Part shown: piece after piece, positions 1-8,266 of the stretch | How the letters are laid out: every line of letters begins with the position of its first letter | Position numbering within the stretch: position 1 is the first letter of the stretch | Assembly: GCA_047516945.1 (NCBI GenBank) | Contig: JAKZTU010000162.1 | Span: forward strand, 455-64,454 | Direction: 5' to 3' | DNA length: 64,000 bases | Origin: Acidimicrobiales bacterium | GTDB lineage: Bacteria > Actinomycetota > Acidimicrobiia > Acidimicrobiales > Aldehydirespiratoraceae | The notes under the pieces: model-generated | What the model was told of the DNA's origin: nothing | What the model saw: only the letters and a program-made list of their open reading frames with translations | Database searches by the model: none | Program-made: the position numbers and the translations under genes

Positions 1-60
1 ACACCACTGACTCCGACGTGTTGTCATGCGACGAGTGCGGTCGGATCGTTTTGCTCTGAC

Positions 61-549
61 GTGTTTGTTTTCTTTGTTGCGGTAGCGGTGATCGGTGTTC
101 TCTTCGTATTTGACAGCCCCGCGATCGACTATCGGTACGTTGCGGGTGGCGCGGTGCTGCCACTGATAGAGGGCATCTCGGGACGCCCACTGATCCTTCA
201 CACGCTGGGAGGTTCGGTCGCTTTGTTGGCTCTTGTGATGGCGGTGACTGTTGGGTCGCGTCTGGTTCGGCGTCGACTGTTGGGCGTGCCCATTGGGACT
301 TTTGTTTTTCTCGTGGCCTCGGGGGCATGGACGCGCACCGAGTTGTTCTGGTGGCCGTTCGCCGGGTTCGACGGTATTGCCGCCGCGCCACTGCCGGAGT
401 TTGATCGCCCTGCAGTCGTGCTCGTTATGTTGGAGATGCTCGGGATTGTTGCCATCGTTTGGCTGGTCCGCCGCTTCGAACTCACGAAGCCCGAAAACCG
501 CCGGACGCTGTTGAGTTCGGGTCGATTGCCCCGAGAGCACCTCCGATAG
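61..549 (+). CDS. polytopic membrane protein (possibly DUF457/YdjM-like membrane hydrolase)
   Basis: 162-aa ORF with a GTG start 2 nt after an upstream stop. Several hydrophobic helices. The segment RPLILHTLGGSVALLALV resembles the His-containing helices of DUF457, but the assignment is not firm. Confidence 0.45.
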   Translation: MFVFFVAVAVIGVLFVFDSPAIDYRYVAGGAVLPLIEGISGRPLILHTLGGSVALLALVMAVTVGSRLVRRRLLGVPIGTFVFLVASGAWTRTELFWWPFAGFDGIAAAPLPEFDRPAVVLVMLEMLGIVAIVWLVRRFELTKPENRRTLLSSGRLPREHLR

Positions 550-615
550 CGGCCACGGTCTCGTTATGGAGCGGCCTCGCTTGGGGTTAGTCCGCTCGGC
601 CTCTAATGTAGGACT

Positions 616-1017
616 ATGGAGTCGGGGAGCGCGTCTTGGGCTGTTCCGGAAGACGAGGTGAGGTTTCGCTTTGTTGCTTCAGGCGGACCTGGCGGACAGC
701 ACGCCAACCGATCCAACACCAAGGTTGAGGCCGTCTTGCGCATCGAGGAGTCGACGATGCCCGAGGACCTTCGTGAGCGGGTGATCGAGCGATTTGGAAA
801 CGTGATTCGAGTCACTGTGGATGCCGAGCGATCGCAGCTACGAAACCGCCAGATCGCCCTTGAGCGGATTCAGCAACGGATCGACGCGGCCAGTCGGGTG
901 AAGCGCAAGCGAACCGCCACCAAGCCCACACGCGGCTCTCAGAAACGTCGGATTGAGGCAAAGCGCCGTCGCTCCGACACCAAACGGTTCCGGCGTACGC
1001 CAGGCCTCGACGACTGA
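616..1017 (+). CDS. arfB: peptidyl-tRNA hydrolase ArfB (alternative ribosome rescue factor B)
   Basis: 133 aa. GGQ release-factor motif (SGGPGGQHANRSNTKVE) followed by an Arg/Lys-rich C-terminal tail (KRKRTATKPTRGSQKRRIEAKRRRSDTKRFRR), which is the ArfB/YaeJ architecture. Confidence 0.85.
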   Translation: MESGSASWAVPEDEVRFRFVASGGPGGQHANRSNTKVEAVLRIEESTMPEDLRERVIERFGNVIRVTVDAERSQLRNRQIALERIQQRIDAASRVKRKRTATKPTRGSQKRRIEAKRRRSDTKRFRRTPGLDD

Positions 1018-1054
1018 GGTGCGGGACCTGCCAAGGCCGGCTTCGAATCGGCGG

Positions 1055-1428
1055 GTGTGACGGGGAGTCGGCCTGTAGGCGGGATTCTGTCCGGGAGCCG
1101 GGTTGCCGACTCCGTGGATGACCATCCATCTTTGCGGCCTACCCGGGAGTGTCTGCGGACGGGACGCCCTCTCCCTGCATGGCCTTGCTCCGGGTGGGGT
1201 TTACCTAGCCACCCCGGTCGCCCGGGGTGCTGGTGCGCTCTTACCGCACCTTTTCACCCTTGCCTTCCTGGTAGCCCCAAAGGGACCAGTCAGGCGGTTT
1301 GTTTTCTGTGGCACTTTCCTGCGAGTCACCTCGACTGGCGCAAGCCAGCACCCTTCCCTACGGAGTCCCGACCTTCCTCGACGCAGCGAACTGCGCCGCG
1401 GCCATCCAGCCGACTCCCCGTCACACCT
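1055..1428 (-). ncRNA. rnpB: RNase P RNA, bacterial type A
   Basis: The reverse complement carries the conserved type-A blocks: GAGGAAGGUCGGGACUCCGUAGGGAAGGGUGCUGG (compare GAGGAAAGUCCGGGCUCC), ACAGAAAACAAACCGCC, GGGUGAAAAGGUGCGGUAAGAGCGCACC, GGUAAACCCCACCCGGAGCAAGGCC and ACAGAAUCCCGCCUA. A terminal P1 helix (GACGGGGAGUCGGC / GCCGACUCCCCGUC) sets the ends to within a few nt. Confidence 0.93.
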
Positions 1429-1491
1429 TCAGTTTGCCCCAACAAGTGAGGGTTTGTCTCAACAAATAACCGCTTCGTCGACTCGCTCGGT

Positions 1492-2682
1492 CTAGCCGTC
1501 GAGTACCGCGTCGAGTTGTTCGCACATGAAACCGATGTGATCTGCGTTGAGGCCGTGGTGAATCGGCAGCGACATGGCGTTGTCCATGATGTGATCGCAG
1601 TTCGGCAGGCCGCCTTCGGGAGCGCGGTGCTCGATTCCGGCGAATCCTTTCTGGCGCAAGATGTTGCCGGTCCAGACCATACGCGTGGTCACGCCGCGCT
1701 CTTCGAGTTGTTCTTGGACCTCACTGCGGTCGCTACCGAGGTCATCGTCGATGGTGAAACAAAAGCGCATCCAAGTCGTGTCGGTCTCAGGTGTGGTACG
1801 GCCTCTAGTCACGCCATCACGTGTTGCCAAGAAGTCATCGAGTCGCCGCCAATTGTCGCGACGCTGTTGGTTGAAACCGGCGAGCTTGTCGAGTTGTACC
1901 AAGCCGTAAGCGGCGCTGATCTCGGTTGGTTCGAAGTTGTAGCCGATCGAGTCGAAGGTGAAGATCATGTCGTACGGCGTGCCATCCGCGAGATACCCGA
2001 AACGATCCTGGAGACCTTTGTGTGAGCCGTACAGGTACGGCTCGGAGCGCCGTCCCCAGCGTCGCAGCTCAAGTCCAAGATCAAAGAGGTCCAGGTCGTC
2101 GACACCGACTAGACCACCAGCGCCGCCTGCGGTCATCGCATGACTGCGGGCAAAACTGGTAACTGCAATGTCGGCTCGGGCACCGGTGCGCTCGCCCCGC
2201 TGCCAGGAGTCGAGCACATCGCAGGAATCCTCCACGACCTTCAGCCCGTGGGCGTCGGAAATTGCACGGATCGCGTCCCAATCAGGGCAGTTGCCGCACA
2301 GATTCGGGGTGAGGATCGCTTTTGTGCGAGGCCCGATCATGGCTTCGATTCTGGCGTGGTCGATTTGGTAGGTATCAGGCGTTATGTCCACAAACACGGG
2401 GACCAGACCTGACTGCACCATGGTGGCTATGTCGGTTGAGAAGGTCAGCGGAGAGGTGATGATCTCGTCGCCGCGCTCGAGTTGCAGTAGATCCACCGCG
2501 ATACGCAGAGCGGAAGATCCGCTGTTGACCATGATTCCGTGCTGTTTGGACAGCAGCGAAGCGGTCCTCCGCTCGAACTCAAAGACATTCTCGCCTATAT
2601 CAAGCGTCGATGAGCGCAGTACGGCCACGACGGCCTCGATCTCGCGTTCATCGTGAACCGCGCCCGAAACTGGAAGCTTCAT
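1492..2682 (-). CDS. DegT/DnrJ/EryC1-family PLP/PMP enzyme, RfbH/ColD-like (putative NDP-hexulose 3-dehydratase)
   Basis: Start moved to ATG 2682 (MKLPVSGAVHDEREIE...). Sugar-aminotransferase fold is recognisable throughout (MVNSGSSALRIA, GDEIITSPLTF, VPVFVDI). The Schiff-base Lys position reads TSFARSHAMTAGG, so His replaces Lys. Confidence 0.75.
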   Translation of the reverse strand: MKLPVSGAVHDEREIEAVVAVLRSSTLDIGENVFEFERRTASLLSKQHGIMVNSGSSALRIAVDLLQLERGDEIITSPLTFSTDIATMVQSGLVPVFVDITPDTYQIDHARIEAMIGPRTKAILTPNLCGNCPDWDAIRAISDAHGLKVVEDSCDVLDSWQRGERTGARADIAVTSFARSHAMTAGGAGGLVGVDDLDLFDLGLELRRWGRRSEPYLYGSHKGLQDRFGYLADGTPYDMIFTFDSIGYNFEPTEISAAYGLVQLDKLAGFNQQRRDNWRRLDDFLATRDGVTRGRTTPETDTTWMRFCFTIDDDLGSDRSEVQEQLEERGVTTRMVWTGNILRQKGFAGIEHRAPEGGLPNCDHIMDNAMSLPIHHGLNADHIGFMCEQLDAVLDG

Positions 2683-2716
2683 CTGATGCCCCTTTTCTGT
2701 TTGAACAGAATCTTTA

Positions 2717-3115
2717 TCAATTGACTCTGGCGCGATTGGAAAGGTAAGCGCCAATTCCAGCGCCGACAGTTCCGATAGCCGCGGCCAGCAAAGCATTGAA
2801 GGTCAACGCCAGCGGGTTGATTCCGTCGCCACCAGCGATGCGAACAACCGCGGCGACGGATTGCACGACCGCGAATGCGATGAGCGTTGCGGTTGCGCCG
2901 TTGATCATCGGAGCGTCGGTCGCCAGCCGGCCAGCAACTGCGCCTCCCAAGAGGTAGGCCGCCACGATTGCCAAAAGCGTGAGATATACCCAATTCGACT
3001 GTGGGGTTTCGCCACTGTCGCTGAGGATTGCTTGTATCACGGCCGCGGGCGCGGTAATCACCAGACAAGTCACTGCACCCGCTCTTATGGCCGCAGGAAA
3101 CAGGGACTTTGACAC
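2717..3115 (-). CDS. small integral membrane protein (4 predicted TM helices)
   Basis: 132-aa Gly/Ala-rich hydrophobic ORF ending 35 nt upstream of the RfbH-like gene on the same strand. Confidence 0.5.
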   Translation of the reverse strand: MSKSLFPAAIRAGAVTCLVITAPAAVIQAILSDSGETPQSNWVYLTLLAIVAAYLLGGAVAGRLATDAPMINGATATLIAFAVVQSVAAVVRIAGGDGINPLALTFNALLAAAIGTVGAGIGAYLSNRARVN

Positions 3116-3124
3116 GGAGCCGAG

Positions 3125-3155
3125 GCTAGCAGCGCGCTACGGTCGCGCTGTTAGC
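3125..3155. promoter_or_regulatory. 12-bp-arm inverted repeat in the divergent intergenic region upstream of trpD
   Basis: GCTAGCAGCGCG-ctacggt-CGCGCTGTTAGC, with 11 of 12 arm positions complementary. It lies 25 nt upstream of the trpD ATG. Confidence 0.35.
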
Positions 3156-3179
3156 TGTTGGAACCCTACAGAGACGAAC

Positions 3180-4235
3180 ATGACACCTATGACACCTGCG
3201 ACAAGCATCGACGAGCATGGCGGTTGGCCGGCCATCCTCGGCACGCTGGCCGATGGCGCTGACCTCAGCGCGGAGATCACCAGAGCGGTTCTCTCCACGA
3301 TCCTCAATGGTGAGGCTGCAGACGCGCAAATAGCCGCGTTCATTGTCGGTCTGCGAATCAAGGGTGAGACGGTGGGGGAGTTGGTGGGACTCCAGGTGGC
3401 CATGCTCGATTCAGCAACTCCGCTGTCGGTGCCGGACAACACAATCGACATCGTTGGTGCGGGAGGTTCGCCTAGCCGTATACGCCATGCTCTCAACGTC
3501 TCGACGATGGCAGCGTTCGTGGCTGCCGCAGCCGGCGCGACGGTGTGCAAGCACGGTAACCGCAAGGCCTCGTCCACCTCAGGCAGCTTCGATTTGCTGG
3601 AGGCTCTCGGAGTCGATGTCGACATCGCTCCCGGTCAGCTCGAGGATCAAGTCAACAGCATCGGCTTGGGGTTTGCCTTCGCTCGAAGTTTTCATCCGGC
3701 GATGCGTCATGTGGGTCCCGTACGGGCGCAGCTAGGCATCCCGACGGTGTTCAATATTTTGGGTCCATTGAGTCATCCGGGTCGCTTGAGGTGCCAGGTT
3801 GTCGGTGTGGGGGATTGGTCCGCCGCAAAGCGCATGGTTCAAGTACTCAAAGCAACGGGATCGCAGCGTTCGCTGGTTGTGCACGGTGACGGCGGTTTGG
3901 ATGAACTGTCCACGACGGGCCCTTCGAAAATCCTCTCGCTCGAAGAGGGTGAAATCACCGAGATGACGGTCACTGCGTCGTCGGTCGGCTTGGCCTCGGC
4001 CTCACCTACCGGCATAGCCGGGGGCGACACCGAGGCGAACGCCAGGATCGCTCGCTCGGTCTTTGCGGGCGACCGCGGACCTCACAGAGACATCGTTTTG
4101 CTCAATGCCGCTGCTGGTCTGGTTGTTGCGGGTCTCACAGCAGATCTCAGCGAAGGGGTGGCGTCGGCCGCGGCTGCAATCGACGATGGGCGCGCGGAGG
4201 CAAAACTCTCAGCTCTTGTATCAAGGGCCTGGTGA
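3180..4235 (+). CDS. trpD: anthranilate phosphoribosyltransferase
   Basis: Start moved to ATG 3180 (MTPMTPATSIDEHGGW...). Motifs AAFIVGLRIKGET, IDIVGAGGS and CKHGNRKASSTSGSFDLLEALG. Confidence 0.9.
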   Translation: MTPMTPATSIDEHGGWPAILGTLADGADLSAEITRAVLSTILNGEAADAQIAAFIVGLRIKGETVGELVGLQVAMLDSATPLSVPDNTIDIVGAGGSPSRIRHALNVSTMAAFVAAAAGATVCKHGNRKASSTSGSFDLLEALGVDVDIAPGQLEDQVNSIGLGFAFARSFHPAMRHVGPVRAQLGIPTVFNILGPLSHPGRLRCQVVGVGDWSAAKRMVQVLKATGSQRSLVVHGDGGLDELSTTGPSKILSLEEGEITEMTVTASSVGLASASPTGIAGGDTEANARIARSVFAGDRGPHRDIVLLNAAAGLVVAGLTADLSEGVASAAAAIDDGRAEAKLSALVSRAW

Positions 4236-4255
4236 CACCGCCGCACATAGGGTGG

Positions 4256-6052
4256 TTAGGCGATTCGCGACTTTGGCATGCCTGCTGATCGAAGCGATCC
4301 GGGTAACGCCGTGACGCCTGTACGGGATGCAGTGCGGCGAGCTGGACTTTTGGTCTTGGACTTGAAGACTGGTAGGGCGGGTAGGGGGTTGGCTAGCACA
4401 CCCTCGACCTCTTCGATAGTTACTTTGTCGATATTGCGTTCGATCCAGCCAACGACTGTGAGCAACTCGTCGGCTTCCGCCCGCTGCGGAACAGGCAAGG
4501 GCACCACGAGCAAAGACTCTGTTGTTGCTGTGGCTTCAGGAGTAGGCAGAGCATCCGGCCCAAAGAGTTCGTCTGAGTCTTCTGCTTGGCCGCTGCGACT
4601 GAGTTGTCCTCCGACAAGCTCCACCCAGCCATCGCCGATACCCAGACGCACGCGTCCAGCGCGCCGCAACAGATCAAAACGTCGATGCCGTCGTAGCAGA
4701 CCCGCTAGTGCCTCAGCTCTGTCTCGCACATCGGCCGCTTCTTCGTAACGCTGCGTCTTCGCCAACTTCTCGATTCTTGCGCTCAGCGGGGACAGCAGAA
4801 GATCGGGGCGCGAAGTCAGGTTTGTGACGAGCTCTTCGATTACTGCCGCGTATTCGACTTCAGGTGTCGCCCCAGAACACGGACAACACGAGACCCCCAA
4901 TTGAGCTGAGGCGCAAACGCTCGCAGTCGGCGACGCTCTTGAGGCGATTCCACAGCGCCGAACAGGTGCCACGCTATGGATCGCCTCGATTATCCGTTTT
5001 GCTACCCGTGTTGATGCCACTGGACCCAAATAGAGAGCTCCGTCATTGTTCACTTTTCGCACTACCGAGAGGCGAGGGAACCGTTCGTTGAGAGTCAGCT
5101 TGATGTATGGATACTTGCTGGCCCGGGTGCCTTGTCGATTGAAGCGCGGCAGATACTGATGGATCAGCCGCAACTCCAATACGGCCGCCTCGAGGCCGTT
5201 TCGACACACCTGATGGTCGATGCGATGTGTTTCGCGCAGCAGTTGGCCGACTTTGCGCCGTTCGTCGGTAGAGAAATAGCTGCGAACCCGAGAGCGCAAG
5301 TTGGCAGCCTTGCCGACGTAAAGCACTTCATCGCGAGCATCACGGAACAGATAGACGCCGGGTTCGCGTGGGAGCCCGTCGGTCAGCTTCAGTTTGTTGG
5401 CTTGGGGACTGCCTGCAAGCTTGGGAAGCGCGATGAGGTCTTCGAGCCCCAATACCCCCAACGTGGCGGCCCGCTCGAGAAGAAAATGCAGCAGGTCTCC
5501 GGTTGCCAGCGCGTCGTCAAGGGCACGATGGCTGGGTTTGTGGCTTAACCGCAGGCGGTCGGCAAGCGTGCCGAGCTTGCAGTTGGGAACCTCATCGCGC
5601 AGCAAGCGGCGAGCCAGACCAAGCGTGTCGATCGAGCGTGCCGCTAGGCGGGGACGGCCAAGTTGTGTCAAAGCCGCGTTGAGAAAGGAGATATCGAAGC
5701 GGACGTTGTGCCCGACGATCACAGCTCCGTCGACGAACTCCAACAACGATGGCATCACTGCTTCGATGCGAGGTGCCCGCATCACCATGGCCTGGGTTAT
5801 ACCGGTGAGGACCGTGATCTCTGGTGGGATCGCGGATCCTGGGTCGACCAATGTCTGGTAGGTGCCGAGGCACTCACCGCCGCGAAGTTTGACGGCACCA
5901 ATTTCGGTGATCGCACAGTTGGCTGCCGAAGCACCGGTTGTTTCGAGGTCTATGACGACGAAAGTGACCTCGTACAGAGGAGTGCCGAGGTCCTCGAAGC
6001 TCTGCTGGTATACGAACGTTTGTTCGAGCACTCCAAAACACTGCTCGAACAC
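4256..6052 (-). CDS. DEDD (DnaQ-like) 3'-5' exonuclease fused to a GIY-YIG/UvrC-N-like domain
   Basis: Exo motifs VVIDLETTG, VGHNVRFDISFL and HRALDDA, then GVYLFRDARDEVLYVGKAANLRSRVRSYF (GIY-YIG). The position next to trpD matches the mycobacterial arrangement. Confidence 0.85.
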   Translation of the reverse strand: MFEQCFGVLEQTFVYQQSFEDLGTPLYEVTFVVIDLETTGASAANCAITEIGAVKLRGGECLGTYQTLVDPGSAIPPEITVLTGITQAMVMRAPRIEAVMPSLLEFVDGAVIVGHNVRFDISFLNAALTQLGRPRLAARSIDTLGLARRLLRDEVPNCKLGTLADRLRLSHKPSHRALDDALATGDLLHFLLERAATLGVLGLEDLIALPKLAGSPQANKLKLTDGLPREPGVYLFRDARDEVLYVGKAANLRSRVRSYFSTDERRKVGQLLRETHRIDHQVCRNGLEAAVLELRLIHQYLPRFNRQGTRASKYPYIKLTLNERFPRLSVVRKVNNDGALYLGPVASTRVAKRIIEAIHSVAPVRRCGIASRASPTASVCASAQLGVSCCPCSGATPEVEYAAVIEELVTNLTSRPDLLLSPLSARIEKLAKTQRYEEAADVRDRAEALAGLLRRHRRFDLLRRAGRVRLGIGDGWVELVGGQLSRSGQAEDSDELFGPDALPTPEATATTESLLVVPLPVPQRAEADELLTVVGWIERNIDKVTIEEVEGVLANPLPALPVFKSKTKSPARRTASRTGVTALPGSLRSAGMPKSRIA

Positions 6053-6089
6053 ATGTTTGTTGTCAAGGACGTCAGCGATGTCGGCGCTG

Positions 6090-7691
6090 TCAGCTAAGCA
6101 AGTCTTGTAGATGGTCGGCGAGACGAATGGACAGCGCGACTATCGAAAAGGTTGGTGTTGCTGCCCCGCCGGTTGCGAACACGCTGCTTCCGGCAACCCA
6201 GAGATTGTCGACTTCGTGTATGCGACAGTTGGCGTCGACGACCCCTTGGACTGGGTTGTCAGACATGCGGGTGGTGCACATGTGATGAAACCCCACCCCT
6301 ACCGGAAACCCCGACAGGTCGATCTCTTCGGGGATAGATCTGAAGATCGTTAAGAATTCTCCGCTGACCAGATGGTCGTGGGCATCGGCGTGGACCCCGC
6401 CCAAAACGAGCTGCACCCGCCCCCAACCGGCTGCTCCTATGGCCTCGGCCATCACCCGGAGTCCAGCGATCACACGGTGTCTGTCAGTCGCCGTGTATTG
6501 CCAATCCAGTTGTACCTGGCGCATTCCCAAAGCGTCGGTATTGGTCCCCAACATCACGCGGCTATCTGGATTCGGCTCTTGTTCGGCCAAGGCTTGGAGA
6601 TACACGGCGGTACCGGGTTCGGGCCCGGTATGGGCCATCAGCGCGCTGATGTCGCCAATGGTTGTTCCTTGCTCTTGCAGCGGCACTCCGTCGGGCAAAC
6701 GACCGGGGAGAAACTGCAGTTCGAGGCCGGTGGTTGCAACTGAACGCAGGTGTGCATCGGTGAGTCCGAGGGCGAACTTTGCACCGTGGACATAACCGGC
6801 ATGTCGGCCCTGTGAGATGGCCACCTCGCCGCCCTGCAATCCGCTGACATCGTCAAAATCCGGCTCAAGCACGCCGAAGCCGGCATAGATCTGTAGGTGT
6901 TCGGAAAAATAGCGTCCTACGAGATCGTTGCTGTTGCCCAGACCAGCGGGATCATGGTCGGTTGATGCCAATAGCAAGCGTGCATTCTCGATTCCGCCGG
7001 TAGCCAAGATATAGGCTCGCGCCACAACCGTGAAGGAAATACCACTCAAAGTGGCAACATCTACATGTGTGACGGTTTGACCGTTGTCGCTGGCGAGGTT
7101 CACGGCGTTGGCGTGAAGCAACACTTCGATGTTGGCCGCGGCGCGGAGATCAGAGGCATATATGTCTCCGAATTTCGTCGGGAATGTGATCTGGAACGCC
7201 AGGGGTTCAACCGCGAAGGTATCGATTGGCGGAGCGCTGACGCCCAGGCGCCGTTCCCAGGTATCAACCGAGAAATCTCCGTCGCTGATTCGAATCCATT
7301 CGGTCGCTCGCTGCCAATACGGAACGATGTCGGCGTAGTTGATTGGCCACCCCGAGACGCGAAGATGATCTCGGGATTCGAAATCAATGGGGGACAACGG
7401 CCGACAGAAGCCAGCCCAATGGTTGGTGGTGCCACCGAGGTGACGCAGTCGTGTTTGATCGAGGCTTACCGGATTGTCGAGCGAGGTTACGGGCGCGCCG
7501 ATGCTTTCACCCTGCGCCAGTGCTTGCGTCGCTGCGTCTGATTCGGTACCTCCCGATTCGAGTAACAAGACGCGCAAGCCGGAGTTGAGCAGTTCCATTG
7601 CCATGGTGATGCCTGCGGCGCCTCCGCCGATGATGCACAGGTCTGCTTCCAGAGAGCCGCCGGAGTTGAGTGTTCGAGCGTCGGTCAACAT
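6090..7691 (-). CDS. GMC-family FAD-dependent oxidoreductase (large subunit)
   Basis: Start moved to ATG 7691 (MLTDARTL...). FAD fold DLCIIGGGAAGITMAMELLNSGLRVLLLESG. C-terminal GMC block HHMCTTRM...NLWVAGSSVFATGG. Confidence 0.85.
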   Translation of the reverse strand: MLTDARTLNSGGSLEADLCIIGGGAAGITMAMELLNSGLRVLLLESGGTESDAATQALAQGESIGAPVTSLDNPVSLDQTRLRHLGGTTNHWAGFCRPLSPIDFESRDHLRVSGWPINYADIVPYWQRATEWIRISDGDFSVDTWERRLGVSAPPIDTFAVEPLAFQITFPTKFGDIYASDLRAAANIEVLLHANAVNLASDNGQTVTHVDVATLSGISFTVVARAYILATGGIENARLLLASTDHDPAGLGNSNDLVGRYFSEHLQIYAGFGVLEPDFDDVSGLQGGEVAISQGRHAGYVHGAKFALGLTDAHLRSVATTGLELQFLPGRLPDGVPLQEQGTTIGDISALMAHTGPEPGTAVYLQALAEQEPNPDSRVMLGTNTDALGMRQVQLDWQYTATDRHRVIAGLRVMAEAIGAAGWGRVQLVLGGVHADAHDHLVSGEFLTIFRSIPEEIDLSGFPVGVGFHHMCTTRMSDNPVQGVVDANCRIHEVDNLWVAGSSVFATGGAATPTFSIVALSIRLADHLQDLLS

Positions 7692-8218
7692 GTTGATTCG
7701 GCTGACTCCGAACAGAACAGTGCGATCACCGCGGCCGCTCTTGCTTCGGAAGCGGCGAGGATCCATCCGTCTACGGTGATGGTGTCGCTCGTTTCGAAAT
7801 CGGTTCTGACACGAGCCGCGGCACGTTCGAGGGGATCACTGTTGGGATCAACCGTGGGGAGTTGTGCCAGCAGTTCAGCGATGTCGTTTTCGCCGGTCAC
7901 TTCAACCACTCGTTGGCCGAGAGTGAGGATGCGTGGATCCACCTCGCCAATTCCTGTCACCGTTACCGGCGCAACTGTTGTTGTAGTGGTGGTGCTGGTC
8001 GTTGTGGTGCTTGTCGTTGTGGTGCTTGTTGCAGAGGTGATCTCGGAAGTCGTGGAACGAGACCGGTCGAGCCATCCGGCTGCGCCGCCGATGACGAGGG
8101 CAAGCGCGCCCCCGCTTCCCAGTCGGAGAACTTGACGTCGAGAAACGTTGCGTTTGCTAGTTGCAGCAGAGGGATCGTCTTTGAGCGCAGACGTATCGGG
8201 TGCATCGGCGTTGACCAT
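7685..8218 (-). CDS. Tat-signal small subunit (gluconate 2-dehydrogenase subunit-3-like) with Thr/Ser-rich linker
   Basis: Twin-arginine motif SRRQVLRLGSGGALALVIGGAAG, then the linker TSATSTTTTSTTTTSTTTTTT. Its stop lies 1 nt before the GMC ATG. Confidence 0.65.
   Translation of the reverse strand: MVNADAPDTSALKDDPSAATSKRNVSRRQVLRLGSGGALALVIGGAAGWLDRSRSTTSEITSATSTTTTSTTTTSTTTTTTVAPVTVTGIGEVDPRILTLGQRVVEVTGENDIAELLAQLPTVDPNSDPLERAAARVRTDFETSDTITVDGWILAASEARAAAVIALFCSESAESTC
7991..8035. repeat. about 2.5 copies of a 15-bp tandem repeat encoding the poly-Thr/Ser linker
   Basis: ggtgctggtcgttgt / ggtgcttgtcgttgt / ggtgcttgt... Confidence 0.8.
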
Positions 8219-8266
8219 GACGCCAATCTATCTAGCAGTGTCACACCCCCTGCGTAGCTTGGGTGC

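Noticed and set aside
1-59. Possible 3' end of an upstream gene (frame 3: ...DSDVLSCDECGRIVLL-stop)
   Set aside because: Only 19 codons are visible. The CxxC hint is not enough to call a product or even to be sure it is coding.
1057-1495. Two overlapping 130-aa ORFs on the plus strand
   Set aside because: They lie antisense to a clearly recognisable RNase P RNA. Their translations are Pro/Arg/Gly/Ser-rich with no motifs.
2979-3179. 67-codon N-terminal extension of the trpD ORF
   Set aside because: It overlaps the divergent membrane-protein gene, and TrpD homology begins after ATG 3180. Similar 5' extensions were trimmed for murD, ftsW, murG, divIVA, the SRPBCC gene, the GMC gene and the RfbH-like gene, using ATGA/GTGA coupling and the onset of homology.
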